From Hydrolagus affinis (Eukaryota): a stretch of DNA of 62,180 bases. Below, one piece after another: positions 1 to 13,091 of this stretch. Below the pieces are notes generated by a model, which was not told the DNA's origin, did not search any database, and saw nothing but the letters and a program-made list of their open reading frames with translations. The stretch lies in assembly GCA_012026655.1 (NCBI GenBank), contig JAAILG010001749.1:1-62180 (forward strand), given 5' to 3'. Position 1 is the stretch's first letter. Each line of letters opens with the position of its first letter. The position numbers were made by a program, and so were the translations under genes.

Positions 1-626
1 CCCCCCCCCCCCCCCCCCCCGGCTCAGCATCTGGCAAGCGCTCTGGGACGCTACCCTGTTTCAGGAACACTATATAAATGCATGTTGTCAACACACTGGA
101 GACGTTATTAGGTATTGCCTGATCATCCGTGAATTCCAAGCTAACTGTGTTACTGTAGTAAAACATTTTCAGATGGGCATCCAATCGAGCAGGCAATCAA
201 TACATAGAGGTAAATGAACTTTAATTGGAAATTTCAGTGAATGCCAGTGTGGTTTCTGGTCTTGAGAGAGATGCCATTCATTGCCCCATCCTGAATCCCA
301 GATATACAGTACTCCGAAAACAAAGCTGCAGGGCCCATTCTGCCACATGTTCACCTGTAATCCTCTGGGATATCAGGTGTGCAGATATATTTTTTATCTT
401 GATATTAACTAGCTTTATACTTTTTAAAGCCAATGAAATGACTGTAATCGTAAGGGGGGAAATGACAAGATTCTTGCTGGAATGATTTTGACCACGAAGA
501 ATATTGGCTTTTGTGGCTTTGGAAAGAATTATCAAATTGGGAATGGTGTTAGTTACAGCTAACCGCAATGGCAACCCCGGAAATAGTTGGCTGTGGGTAA
601 TGTATTTTTTATTCAATGCATAATAG

Positions 627-748
627 AAGAACGATTGGAAGAACAAAAAGGAAAACTGTATAAGCCCTCTACGCGGGTTGCAGATATAAAGGGTTCGGGG
701 CTGGAGAAATCACCTCCGCATACATATTCAGTGGATACCAAAAAAACA
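627..748 (+). CDS. U2SURP: U2SURP exon A (122 nt): (E)ERLEEQKGKLYKPSTRVADIKGSGLEKSPPHTYSVDTKKT
   Basis: TAG acceptor 624-626, donor GTAAGT at 749; GKLYKPS matches the conserved GKIYKPS motif. Confidence 0.9.
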
Positions 749-792
749 GTAAGTGTCCAGATGCAGTATGTTTACGCAACTACAGAGAATTG

Positions 793-1275
793 TGGAGTTG
801 TGTAGTGTATTGCTTAGAGCACTCACTTGCAAGCGAGAGCACTGGGCTCGATTCCCAGGCAAGATTAAACCTTAAGTTTCCTTGCTCCACATGGCTCGGT
901 TTAGCTAGCGGTAATTAGGGGTAAAAAAAATATGTGACACTCAATCAACAACTGTTTGTAGAACACTGCAATGTGAAATTGGCTGAAGTATATTCTGTGA
1001 AGCACATTCACACGCCAACATCGTGATAAGGCATTATATCAAATGCAACGATTATTATCGAGCCACTTAAAAAACCATTAATAATCCCTCAAAAAAACAA
1101 ACAATAATAAATTGGTCATTTCAATCCACAACTTTGTGGGTCATTGCTTGGGGCAATTGACTGCCGTGTTTCGCCCACGAATATAGAGTCAGTTCACTTT
1201 ACAGTATATTCTAGAAGTCATTTAGAAGACGTGAAAAGTACTACATGAAATGCAAGGATTATTATTATTATTATT
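793..1275 (+). mobile_element. Diverged tRNA-headed SINE (793-1058) followed by the 3' half of a second copy
   Basis: Degenerate A/B-box head; ...tatatcaaatgcaa + (TTA)n tails shared with the other copies. Confidence 0.75.
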
Positions 1276-2777
1276 AAAACACTATTGTTATTCATCTATG
1301 TGCATGAAACTGTTAATGGATAATGTTATGGAATGGACTCCTGGGCTGACTTGGGACGCTTTGGTACGTCCTCCCAATGTGAAAGGCGCTCTATAAATGT
1401 AATATTGTTCTTGTTGCTGCTGCCACAGATTGGCAACTTGGCTGTCATTGATGCGATTTGAAGTAGGTCAAGGATCAGTCTATAATTATTTGAATTGGAT
1501 TGATTTCCCAAGTATTTGAGTTTCTCTTTTGACCATTTCAGCTGCTAACATTTAAAATTAATCTGCTGTTTTACTTTTGTGTCCATCTTGGCGAGTGTTC
1601 TCCCTTTTCATCCCTTGAGGAGTTTTGGCTCACTTGTTTATTTTTTAAACTGGGGTATAGTTTTAAGAGTGATTTCCAGTAGTTTGCTGAAGTGCTTTTT
1701 GTCCATGTGGGTGCTTGATGGTGAGAGTCAGCAAGCTATTTAACTGCAAGAGATATTTTGCAGTTAAACAACACTTGGAAGTCTGAAGGATCATTAATGG
1801 GCTCTTTTATGGGAGCTTGACGGTGGCTTTTGTTCACGTGGGAAGCACTGAGTTATGGTGAGATTGTTAATCATTGACTTGTCTGAGTCAGGGCAAAAGT
1901 CATCATATAGTCAATCTTGGCCCCTTTAGAATGGCAATCAAGAGAGAAAACCCTGACCGATTTTTCTTTCCTCAACACCTTTGAGAATTGGCCAAGCTTC
2001 TGGCCTGAATGGCTTAGTGCTGCATTGATCCATTGGGGAGGTCATCAGCTTATCTATCTCTTCCTCATTAGCTTTATACAGATAAAGGTATTAGAAGGGA
2101 CCATCACTGACCAGATAATGACCACATTGCAGTATGAAGTGCCAGATGCAATCGTAGCCACAGTTCCTGCCACAGTGATTTGTCAGGACCATGACAAGGT
2201 TGTGGCAGCCAGTGACTCCTCATAGGGAAAGTTGGAAAATTCTGGGAACAATATGTTTCGTGGGAAGGTTGAGTGATCGATCACGAGCGAGGTATGGCTG
2301 AAGGCAGCCAATTTGATCTGTTCCTTTCACTATATCCAATCCACCAATTTATCATTATAATGTCAAGCTTTTTCTTCAATGAGCCTAACTTTCTGATCTC
2401 AACCACCCTGTCTTTATCCCAGCCATTAATTTTCCCCGTCCCTAACTTTGCGTATAAAATATAGGATGGGGTCAGCGCTGCTTGATTACCAGAGAATGGA
2501 TAGAGTATAGATTCTTAAGGATTGATGCGGCAAAAATTTACTTGATGGGCTGAATGATCTTTTAGCAGTTTAGATTTATTTTGTGCATCAATGATTGTCT
2601 CTATTTCTCAGGTGACATCTTTTGATATGTCTTTAGGCTGGAAAGGGCTTGCCATTTAATGACTGAAGCACAGTTGATTTTCTTTGACAATATTCACATA
2701 TCGTGCCACTATCAAAATCTTTGCCATTTTTGCGAAAGCTCTTAACCCAAATCGATTGAAATCAATTGAATTTTCAG

Positions 2778-2845
2778 GTCGTTAAGAAGGGTGAAAAGGA
2801 GAAGAAAAAGAGCAATTTGGAACTGTTCAAAGAAGAATTGAAACA
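2778..2845 (+). CDS. U2SURP: U2SURP exon B (68 nt): VVKKGEKEKKKSNLELFKEELK(Q)
   Basis: ttttcag acceptor, GTAAGT donor; conserved KKKSNLELFKEELK. Confidence 0.96.
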
Positions 2846-3834
2846 GTAAGTGATGCCTTGATGTTTTATTAAAAATTGCATGAGGGCACGATTTGGCCAA
2901 ACAAGAATTGATATTTTGTGTAATATTAAATATTTAAGTAGCTTTTGTGATTCGTGAAAACTTTCTGTATAAATAGACGGTCCACCAATTTATCATTTAG
3001 CACTTGACATGGATTAATTTTAGCAATGTTACATAGACTAGCTGTGTCTAGCCGCAGGGGATAGCTACAGTAAAACTTAATCTAAGCTATATTAATCATA
3101 ATATCCAGTTCAAGAGTTTATATTCTTTACAAGTTTGACGTAACTCAAAGCTTTGCATAAGTCATATCAAGTATATGATCCCATCTATTACGACTTAGAG
3201 TGAGGTTTACTGTACTACAATGAATAGCTGTTGTTGCATTGGAAGATACATGGGAAATTGTCATGACCACAAGATTATCTGAGACAGACTTTACAACAAT
3301 CGAATCATAGAAACCCAGTGATGAAGTGGTTCATTGTATTAGTAATTGGGGTGAACACTCTGAGGACTTAGCCTAGCAATTCAAGAATATACAAATATAC
3401 AGTCAATTCACTTTACAGTATATTCTGTGAAGCGCTTTGAGACGTCAGTAAGATGTGAAAAGTGCTATATCAAATGCAAGGATTATTATTTATTATTATA
3501 AGATGCTTGGGCTGCTTCATACCCACTGTGCAAAGTGATGGCAGCAACCAAATGACATGGAAGTTGGCCATTTTGGTTTTCTTGGTACTAACAAAATGGT
3601 CTACCCTTTTGTTGTGAGTTTATGGCCGACTTCACTCCCCACACTGTGCGTGTGCAGTGAGTGGGAAGTGATGTGGCGATTTGGCTTCCACACCGACTGA
3701 TATCTCGTCTTTCTGTGCACACGCCCTCCGAACGTGGAAGTGCTGACCAGCGATTGCGCCCTGTTATACATAGTCCTGGTTGGGATTTTATGGAATCCAG
3801 CTACCGAGATACTAACTGGACTACACTGTATACA

Positions 3835-4179
3835 GTGGAGCTCCTGTGGCTCAGTGGTTAGAGCGCTTGTCTTGCAAGCTGGGGAGACCAAGCTGGGGAG
3901 ACCTGTGTTCGAATCCAGGCAGGTCAGGGCGAAACCTTGGGCAAGTTTCCTTACTCCACAGGCCTAATAATAATCCCTCCAAAAAAACCACAATAATAAA
4001 ATTGGTCATTTCAATCAATGACTGTTTGTGGGACACTGCTGTGCGCAATTGGCTGCCGCGATTCCCCACAAATATGTACAATCAATTCACTTTACTGTAC
4101 ATTCTGTGAAGCGTGTTGGGACGTTGATAAGATGTAGAAAGTGCTATATCAAATGCAAGGATTATTATTATTATTATTA
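3835..4179 (+). mobile_element. Full-length tRNA-derived SINE (dominant family) with an internal 14-bp duplication
   Basis: A box TGGCTCAGTGG, B box GTTCGAATCC, body ctgtttgtgggacactgctgtgcgcaattggctgccgcg, L2-like end and (TTA)n tail; roughly 30 whole or partial copies in the window. Confidence 0.92.
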
Positions 4180-4731
4180 CAGCGTACAATGAATCTGTAC
4201 ACCTCAGGGAAAAACCCGTAGTTAACAACAACAATAAGTTACATTTATACAGCGCCTATCACGTCAGGAGGATATTCCATTTGTATGTATTTTTAAGGTT
4301 TTTTCTTGTTATATTTAGAATACTTTTTTGTTACCTTTGGGAGTTGGTGTCTATTCCCATCCACTCCACGGAGACCTTTCAAAAGCCCTTCAGTCTTAAC
4401 CGATAGGATTATTATTCATCCTCAAAGCGTAGTCAAATCTCAGTGGGCCATTTTAGGCTGATAGGGGAGAATCCACCTAGGAGGTTGGGGTGAGGGAGTA
4501 GGGGTGACCAGCTTGGACTTTGTGAATGTCTTATAAAATGATTATTCAGATAATAGTCATAGCTATCAAGGCCACTTTGTCTCATCTGAACGCCAGATCC
4601 TTGCAGTCTGGGAGCTGGTAGGAAATACATGAAGAGGTTAGCGTTAAACCAGAATGCCTTTCTGATAGACGTCACCTCTAGTGTTTCATAGCAATTGTAA
4701 CGAGTTGTTGTTTTTCCCCCCCCCCCCTCAG

Positions 4732-4847
4732 AATTCAAGAAGAACGAGATGAACGTCAGAAGACGAAAGGGGGCAAAGACACTCCTTTTAGACCCAGCAG
4801 ATTTGAGCCTCTGCCAGCGGAAGATTCTCAACCGAACCGTCGCTCTT
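4732..4847 (+). CDS. U2SURP: U2SURP exon C (116 nt): IQEERDERQKTKGGKDTPFRPSRFEPLPAEDSQPNRRS
   Basis: Poly-C tract plus CAG acceptor, GTGAGT donor; IQEERDER and SRFEP motifs; phase 2 to 1. Confidence 0.94.
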
Positions 4848-4974
4848 GTGAGTAAATCACTTCAATCATAAGAGAACGCAGCCCGTGCTAATTTTCTCCG
4901 TGGTAGGACGGGTCTGAAAGAGATCGAGCCGTGCTGTAAAATGTGCTAACCATATAATCTATATTTTTACTGTA

Positions 4975-5165
4975 CAATAATAATCATCCTTGCATTTGAT
5001 ATAGCGTCTTATCAAATCTTCTAGACGACTCAAAGCGCTTTGCAGAGTATACTGTAAAGTGAATTGACTGTATTTTTGTGGACGAAACGGGCAGCCAATT
5101 ACGCAACAGCAGTGTCGCACAAACAGTGGATTGAAATGATCAATTTAATTTGAGGGATTATTATA
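4975..5165 (-). mobile_element. SINE 3' half (dominant family)
   Basis: Reverse complement of the SINE body and tail. Confidence 0.85.
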
Positions 5166-5484
5166 AAAATGCAAGGATTATTATTATTATGATGTGTTGT
5201 TGAGAGTTGGGATATTTGAACATAGGTAGAACAGAACACCCTCTTATTTCCCTCCCACCCCCCTGCATTTCCATTACCTAACTTGGTACATTGACTCGAT
5301 TTAAAACTTTCCACTGTTGAATTACAGCAGTTGCTACCATAACCCACAATCCTACAGTGATCTCACTCTGCAGAATATAGAGTTTCTTTCATACTGAAAG
5401 AATATGCAGTTAGTGCAACCGTTACTGTCGAGCTTGGCGAGTGAAAACCATCTCTTGCTGTTTGCAACTATTGTAATTGTTCCT

Positions 5485-5697
5485 AAATAATAATCCCTCA
5501 AAAAAAAATTGGGTCATTTTAATCCACATTTCAAACACAGAGTGTTTGTGGGGACACTGTTGTGCGCAATTGGGTGCCACGTTTCCACCATAAAAACACA
5601 AGTCAATTCACTTTACAGTGTATTCTGTGAAGTGCTTTGAGACGTCTAGAAGATTTGGAAAGCGCTATATCAAATGAAAGGAGTATTATTATTATTA
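5485..5697 (+). mobile_element. SINE 3' portion (dominant family)
   Basis: Body plus (TTA)n tail. Confidence 0.85.
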
Positions 5698-5872
5698 CTC
5701 ATAAAGACCTCAACCAGAATCATCCTTTGGAAAAACAACTTTCGCAATTGCTGATCGAGCCTCTGTAACCATTGTAGCAGCCTTGTGCTGAGTTTATACC
5801 CTTTTCCATGTTATATATTGAATCTCGGCATTTGGATGCCTAATATATCGAGCTCTGCTTTTCTCTCTTCAG

Positions 5873-5905
5873 CGGATTCCTCGAGGAGAAGCCGGCAAAC
5901 GAACG
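5873..5905 (+). CDS. U2SURP: U2SURP exon D (33 nt): (S)DSSRRSRQTN
   Basis: ttttctctcttcag acceptor, GTAATG donor; phase 1-1; resembles human DAPSRRNRSS. Confidence 0.82.
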
Positions 5906-5988
5906 GTAATGATTGTTTTTCAGTCCTTCTTGTGGGAGTGTTGACGTTTGTGGAAATTACCCTGATGTTGGCTTTAAAACTGTACTGA

Positions 5989-6123
<135 letters not shown>

Positions 6124-6169
6124 TGAGTAAGAACAGGTTGTTAGGGAATTGGAAATTCTAAATCCAATT

Positions 6170-6267
6170 TGTGTGTGTATGTGTGTGTGTGTATGTGTGA
6201 GATATATATATGTGTATGTGTGTGTGTGTATGTGTGAGATATATATATGTGTATGTGTGTGTGCGCG
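6170..6267. repeat. Compound (TG)n/(TA)n microsatellite with a duplicated ~38-bp block
   Basis: Directly visible; tgtgtatgtgtgtgtgtgtatgtgtgagatatatata occurs twice. Confidence 0.9.
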
Positions 6268-7767
6268 CAAAGTTTAACTCAAGCAATCAATCAAAAAAGA
6301 CTCGATCACTGACCTCTGGTGCTTAATCATACTGAATTCATGAATTTTGATCGAGAATGATGGCGAGTGGGTAGGGAGAAGGGGAATGGAGGAGCGAAAT
6401 CATCACAATTTACATGCTGTTTCAATTTGCATGTCGTAACAGACTTTCAGCGAGTACCACCTGTTAGTCCTCAAGAGGAGGAACCTGGCTGAATTATTTC
6501 CTACCCTGGCTCAGCAGCACAGGAGGAGGCCAATTCCTTCAAGTCCCACTTATTTCCTGACTGGTCGGCCAATTCTACATCGCTTGGTTATTGAATTTGG
6601 GGCTCTCTGCGTCAATAAATCTTGAGTTTAACTTTTCCAATGGCTTTGATAACAAATCAATCAAGTAATTTTTAAAAATTTGGCCAAAAGATAAAAGTGT
6701 TTTAAAGGGTTGCTAAACGTCTACCTTTCCCACTTGGGAGACTTCTCCACTCCTTTCTGCTTCACCGGGGCTGTCACATCTGGCATGAGGGAGAAGAGCT
6801 GATTTTTTTCAACCCTCTTGTCTGTGTTGCCACGTAACTAGCCACAAAGAAGTGGACACAAGCTTCAATCTTCAAAGCCTCAGTCTTCAAAGTCTCATTC
6901 CAGATATATACCTAGACTCAATTAATCCTGATTGCCAGTCAGTAGGTTGTAAGCTTGTTTCTATTGTGTGTTGAAACTATTTTAAAGGATTTTTTTTTAT
7001 TAAAGTTACAACATTCATGGCTTTGTCTGGAACATTTTTTAAAAATGAGATTTATAAATGTTTTGTTTTGCACTCTGGTTATTTTAGAAATAGTTCACAC
7101 TTTCTATCTAGAATAAATCTCAGCATGCTACTCTTTACGGTCTGTACAGTTTGGTCTGAATATGATTTTTTATGTGCGAAAGTGGCAAGACCAAGGAATA
7201 AAAACTTTGCTTAACTGAACTTTCCACAAACAAACCTTTTGTGTTTGGGTACCTCTTTACTTTGGGCAGTTCTGTTATCTATTTGAAACGTCTTAACACT
7301 TGAGTAGGGAGAATATTTCAATTGTATCCTCCCAAAGTATATATTGCATGTGCATTCTGGGGAGAAAACAAGACATATTCTGCAGTAAATAAAACTCTTG
7401 AGTCTTATCTTGATAAATTGTAGAAATGCTTAAGTCGTATATTCACCCCAGTCCCATTCCGTTTCAAATCCACTTAGATTTCTTTGTACTGCCCCATTTT
7501 ATTTACCTCCTCACTGGTAATTATGGCTCCCCTATCCTCCCATCAGCCGTCGGCTGCAGTGACAGTGCAGGAAACGCACTTACTGGCTGCTTTAAATTAT
7601 GCAATATAGATTATTTTTTTCCGACATCTGCAGTTTGTCTGCAACCCGGACTTCGCATTAAATCATATTAAATGTATTGGTCCTGACTGATATGACATGT
7701 GTGAGGTTTATTGTATTCTGTAAAATGATTTTTTTTTTTGTCTCATTAAATAACCCGAATTAATTAA

Positions 7768-8046
<279 letters not shown>

Positions 8047-9179
8047 TGAGCTACAGGACTCCATAACTATCACTAATGGAAAGATTATTATTATTATTAA
8101 GAGATAACTTGGTAGTCTTTGGATAGAAAAGCTGAATGGTAACTTATTAAGTGGAAAATTTGATTCAGTGTTTCTACTTGCTTCTAAAATTTGTATCTAA
8201 ATGGTGACTAGTCAAATATCAGAGTTTCATCGCAACACAAACTTGGGTTAACAATATTACAGTGGCACCCTTTGTCTGAATGACATGTAGGGGTTAGTCA
8301 AACATTGTTGAAAATGGCAATTACAGACTTAATTGAAGCTAGAAGTCAATTAAGATGGAAATCAAATTTTCTCCAGACACTGAGGTTTAACGCACGTGGG
8401 AATATTAACCTTGAATTGAACAGGAATTAGAGAACTGAACAGATCTTCAATCTGTACTGCGGGGCAACTTTGGCAACACTAAAAAGTTCAGATTAGGAAT
8501 TAGTAGTTGGTTTAATTGTAACTGTCATTTTGAGGCACTGAGCAATCACGTCACACAATGGGAGGGAGGTAGAACAAGACAAAGCATTCTGATGGCTCCA
8601 GTGATAGCCTACCAATTTGGGTGGTTGTCTGTCGTGAGCTGACCAATATTGGATTTGTGTAGATGTGCTGGATCGAGTGAGAGTGCAGATTCCATCTAGA
8701 TATTGTTAAAAATTGCCTGTGCCATCAAGATGGATAGGAAGCATTGCAGGTGTGATGTCCTCCCAATGTGAAGGGCTCTCTACAAGTGTAATGCTCCTTG
8801 TCTGCCTAGCAATCACTTCTGCATTATTTTTCTCGTTCATATTCTGCTCGTTTAGTTTTTTGTACACAAGCTCTGTTCACTGCTCATTAGAAGTCTATTC
8901 AGTGCCTCCGGTTATTCTGTTGTCCCCTAAAGTTTCTTGAGATGCCACCATGTTCGCTCAGACAGGCTAATTAAGCAGAGTAAAGGTCTTATTATTGACA
9001 TAGAGCATGGCTTTGCTGGGTCGCTACTGCTTGAAAACTTAATCTGCCGGCAACTCTAGACTGTCTAAATTTGAGATAACAATCAATCAGGAGCCTTACT
9101 GTGGCTATGTTTTGTTCAACTAATTAATCTATTCTGTATTTTCCAATCCATGGGTGCTGTATCTACATTAGAAACAATT

Positions 9180-9424
9180 CACACTGAGTTGAGAAAAAAC
9201 TTCTTCACTCAGAGGGTGGTGAATTCTTTACCCCAAAGGACTGTTGATGCTCAGTCCTTGAAAATATTCAAGACTGAGTTAGATAGATTTCTCATTTATA
9301 AAGGGATTAAGGGGTATGGGGATAAGGCAGGTAGCTGGAGTTAGAGTAGAATATCAGCCATGATTGAATGGCGGGGAGGCTCGATGGGCCGAATGGCCTA
9401 CTCCTCTTATTTCTTATGTTCTTA
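9180..9424 (+). mobile_element. CR1-type LINE 3' end
   Basis: Encodes RKNFFTQRVVN..LP...FKTELDRFL (CR1 ORF2 C-terminus); 3' UTR gatgggccgaatggcctactcc and ttcttatgttctta tail. Confidence 0.88.
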
Positions 9425-10430
9425 AAAAATATCTGATTATGCGTTTGTGCAGATGGCAGGTAGTTAACTAATCTGCCCAGATCAACAAAAAGACTACTGA
9501 TATAAAATGATACTGAAGCAGGTTTAGTGATACCTTTTTGATACCAATTCTGGGTGATAGTTGAACCATGTTTGTTGTACCTGAAGACTGCCCTCTATAT
9601 TCAGTGCATTTTAAATGACTGTGAACACAGAAGACCACTCTATCAGCATTATTGGTTAGGCTATTATTCTATTCTGGAATACCCTATCAGAAACATCCCC
9701 AAAAAACAGCTGTTTACAGTGCCATTTTCAGCCTTGCTGAAACCAGCTTTCAGAAGCATTGTAGAAACAGCATTTGCAGCTAGGCATGTTTCAATCATTG
9801 TCACAGGGTGTGTGTGTGTGTGTGTGTGTTGGGGGTGTGGGGGGTGGTGATTTAACTTGTAGTGAAAATCGTTTTTAACCAATTAACTTTCAGACAAAAT
9901 ATATTTATCGGTGTATCACTTCGACGATGGTGCTTAAAAATTGAGTCGGCGTCTTTGAAACTTTCTGACAGATAAAATATGTTGATTTGATATTTTCTGG
10001 CTGTGTGACATTGACTCTTTTTAAAATTACATTTCAAGCAGACACAAGCTTGAATGGTGTGGCAGTTTAGATTCTTTCAAAGTGCTGAGATTTGATCTCT
10101 CGTCTGATATCTACCTGCTGAATGTGAAATGGGGATTTATCTTCAGAGAAATGACTGAAACATTCTTAGACGCAAATATTTTTCACGGTAGTGTTCAGGA
10201 GGCTCTGGGCCATTCTTTTTCACATTCAGGTGATACGATGCCCTTGAAGGGAAGGAATGGTAATGATCCTTGCATTCGATGTAACGCCTTATCATGTCAT
10301 TGACTTCTCAAAATGCTCCATAGGCTATATATAGTGAATTGACTGTTATTTGTGGGGCAAAAGGGGCACACCGCACAGCAGTGCCCCACAAACAGCCTTG
10401 GATTGAGTGACCTAAGTAGTTTTTTTTTAA

Positions 10431-10739
<309 letters not shown>

Positions 10740-13047
10740 TAGGTGAGGGGCCTGTCACAATAGACCTAACTAGAAATGTGCACTTGTTTAGCGAATCAAT
10801 GGTTTAGATGAACTCTTTATAAAATTAGTCCATTAACAGAGAACATTACACTGCTGATTAAGGCTTTGCTAGACATGTCTGTCCTAATTTATTGTTTACT
10901 AGGGTTTCTTCAGGGATAGAAATCAACTTTTTTTTTGGTCTGTGATGTAGAGTGAACTAAATACTCCTGATAATATTAAGCACTTAAAGTTTTTTTTAGT
11001 CATTAAATAGTGACTGTATTTAAAACCCATTTTATGGGTCCATGCAGACTTCTGATGGCTATCCTTAGCTCAAGGCATAATAGAGGTTTTAAAACGTTTG
11101 CCCTTGTCCATCTCTGAGGTCTCTCTTTAAACCAATTCTAAACTAATTTATGAATTGAGTTCACTGGTAGACATAGCAAGAGAATATAAGAATACTGAGC
11201 AAGGAAGGGAGAAAGGATGTTTGACCCGTCAGGATTGTCCTTTCCACCAACCGTGGTTCCCCAGGTTGGTAGAAAGAACAAATCCTGACAGGTTGTTCTT
11301 GAGGGAAAGTTCTGCTCTGTTTCTGCTTCCCCTCATTTTCTTCTGTCCCTGCCCCACTTGTTTTTCCCCCTCCCCCAAAGGGAAGTCAAGCAGAACAACC
11401 AACTGTGGTTATATTTGTTATCTTTTGCCGCCTTTAAAATTCCTTTATGGTCCCATCCGCAAAAGCTGTGAAGGTTCCGATGCTCTTAAGATAGGAATCA
11501 CTCAATTTTTATCTTAATTCTTTTGGCGGGGGTGGGCGGGTGGGGGGGTTATTTAAATGGACATCATTAAATTTGCTTTGGATTTGGAAGTGTTTTTTCA
11601 CTGAAGTCAAGGGATTTTATTCACAGCTCCTGTTTTCTTTGTCTAAATCTCCTCTTCCCCACCGCTACTATACCCAAGCATATTGCATGAGAAGAGGATA
11701 TTTACATCTGGCTCTCTCCTTTAGGCGTTTGCCTATTGATTTTTCTCTTGTTATTGCCTGATGCTTTTATGGGTGTCAGATTCAATTTCTTTCTCCCATT
11801 CTTCCTCTCCATATGGGAGCCTGTCACAACAGTTTGAGCAGCGGAAAATAGACTCCTGCCTTGTTTTCTAATAAGCCCTGAAGTAATGCTTGACTTCCTT
11901 TTGTGTGCCAGTTTTCCTTTGGACAGTAAAGAAACATTTCCATTGTAGCAGAAAAGAAGGTACAAGGAATAAATTGGGGATGTCAAGCATTTTTCTCTCT
12001 GGCCCTATTTATACTTCTCGTGAAAACATCTTGTCCACAAAGTAAAGATATTTAACCATAGCTTGCCATGATTAAATTGGAAGTGTTCTTGCTGATTACT
12101 TGTGCCGGCAGATTAAAGATCCTGGTAACTGGTTGATATGTGAATCCAAAATGCAGAATTTATTTAAGCTAAAATGATGTTTCACATTTTTAACACCAGT
12201 CCGAACTTTGAGACTGATCAGCGTTTAAACACCAAACTCCATCAAGGAAAGTTGCCACAATAGCTTCCACGGGATTTATCCTATTGACTTTGACCAGTTT
12301 GTCAGTTAGCATTTTGAAAAGCTGTTTAGATATATTTGTCTTTCATACTGCTTTGCATATTAGATCTGGGACAACGTGTGAGATTACTGATTTTTTTTCT
12401 ATGTATAGGGTCAGCTTATATCTTTTTCAAATTTCAAATTACATTTAAAGCCTAATAGTAGATTAAGTTCCATATAGTCATAGAATAACTGGCAGAAACA
12501 GGATAGGAAAAACATATTTGCTCAAGTTATAACCTACTCGCCCAAAGTGTTTCAAACTTCCTGCTGTCATGTCACAGATTAATTAACACACAGTACAGTA
12601 ATAAAATGAACAAGCTATGATGTGAGGCTGCAGTGACTTCTGTCCACCAGAAAGCTAGCTGGCTGAACACATATCGTTGCTTGACATTCTGTGTGCACGG
12701 TATAAAAAATGCAAAGGATATCTGATGGTGCCTGTTTTGTGCACCCAAAGAGAGTTCTCAACGCTAATTTTCTCGACCTGCACAGTGTTTGTCCTAGCTC
12801 TAATGTCATAGCAAAGACAAATATCTGCAGTTATTTCTATCCCTGCTTTTTCTTAGCGCATTTCAGTTGTCTTTAATACATGCTTAGACTTTTTTTTATT
12901 CGATAAGTATTAACAAATAGCAGTATAAACGTTTGCTGTCTTGAAGGTTTTTTAAAAATGCATATGTATTTATATTTTTATGTACTTGCTTACGTTACCA
13001 ATACTCATATATCCTATCTTTATTATCTGATGTGACTTCATATACAG

Positions 13048-13091
13048 ACTCTGTCGCACGCCATAGTCAAAGTGGTTATCCCAACAGAAAG
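13048..13091 (+). CDS. U2SURP: U2SURP exon H (44 nt): TLSHAIVKVVIPTE(R)
   Basis: tatacag acceptor, AG|GTACAC donor; matches TLSQAIVKVVIPTER; required to keep the frame. Confidence 0.95.

Noticed and set aside
1-20. Poly-C run at the window start
   Set aside because: Simple homopolymer within an L2-type 3' end remnant (~20-90); not telomeric or structural.
3835-3920. tRNA genes (A/B boxes and anticodon-like arm, here and in many copies)
   Set aside because: No acceptor stem closure; each head continues into a shared SINE body and tail.
12170-12220. Intronic C/D-box snoRNA-like motifs (ATGATGT...CTGA)
   Set aside because: Imperfect C box, too short and no terminal stem.
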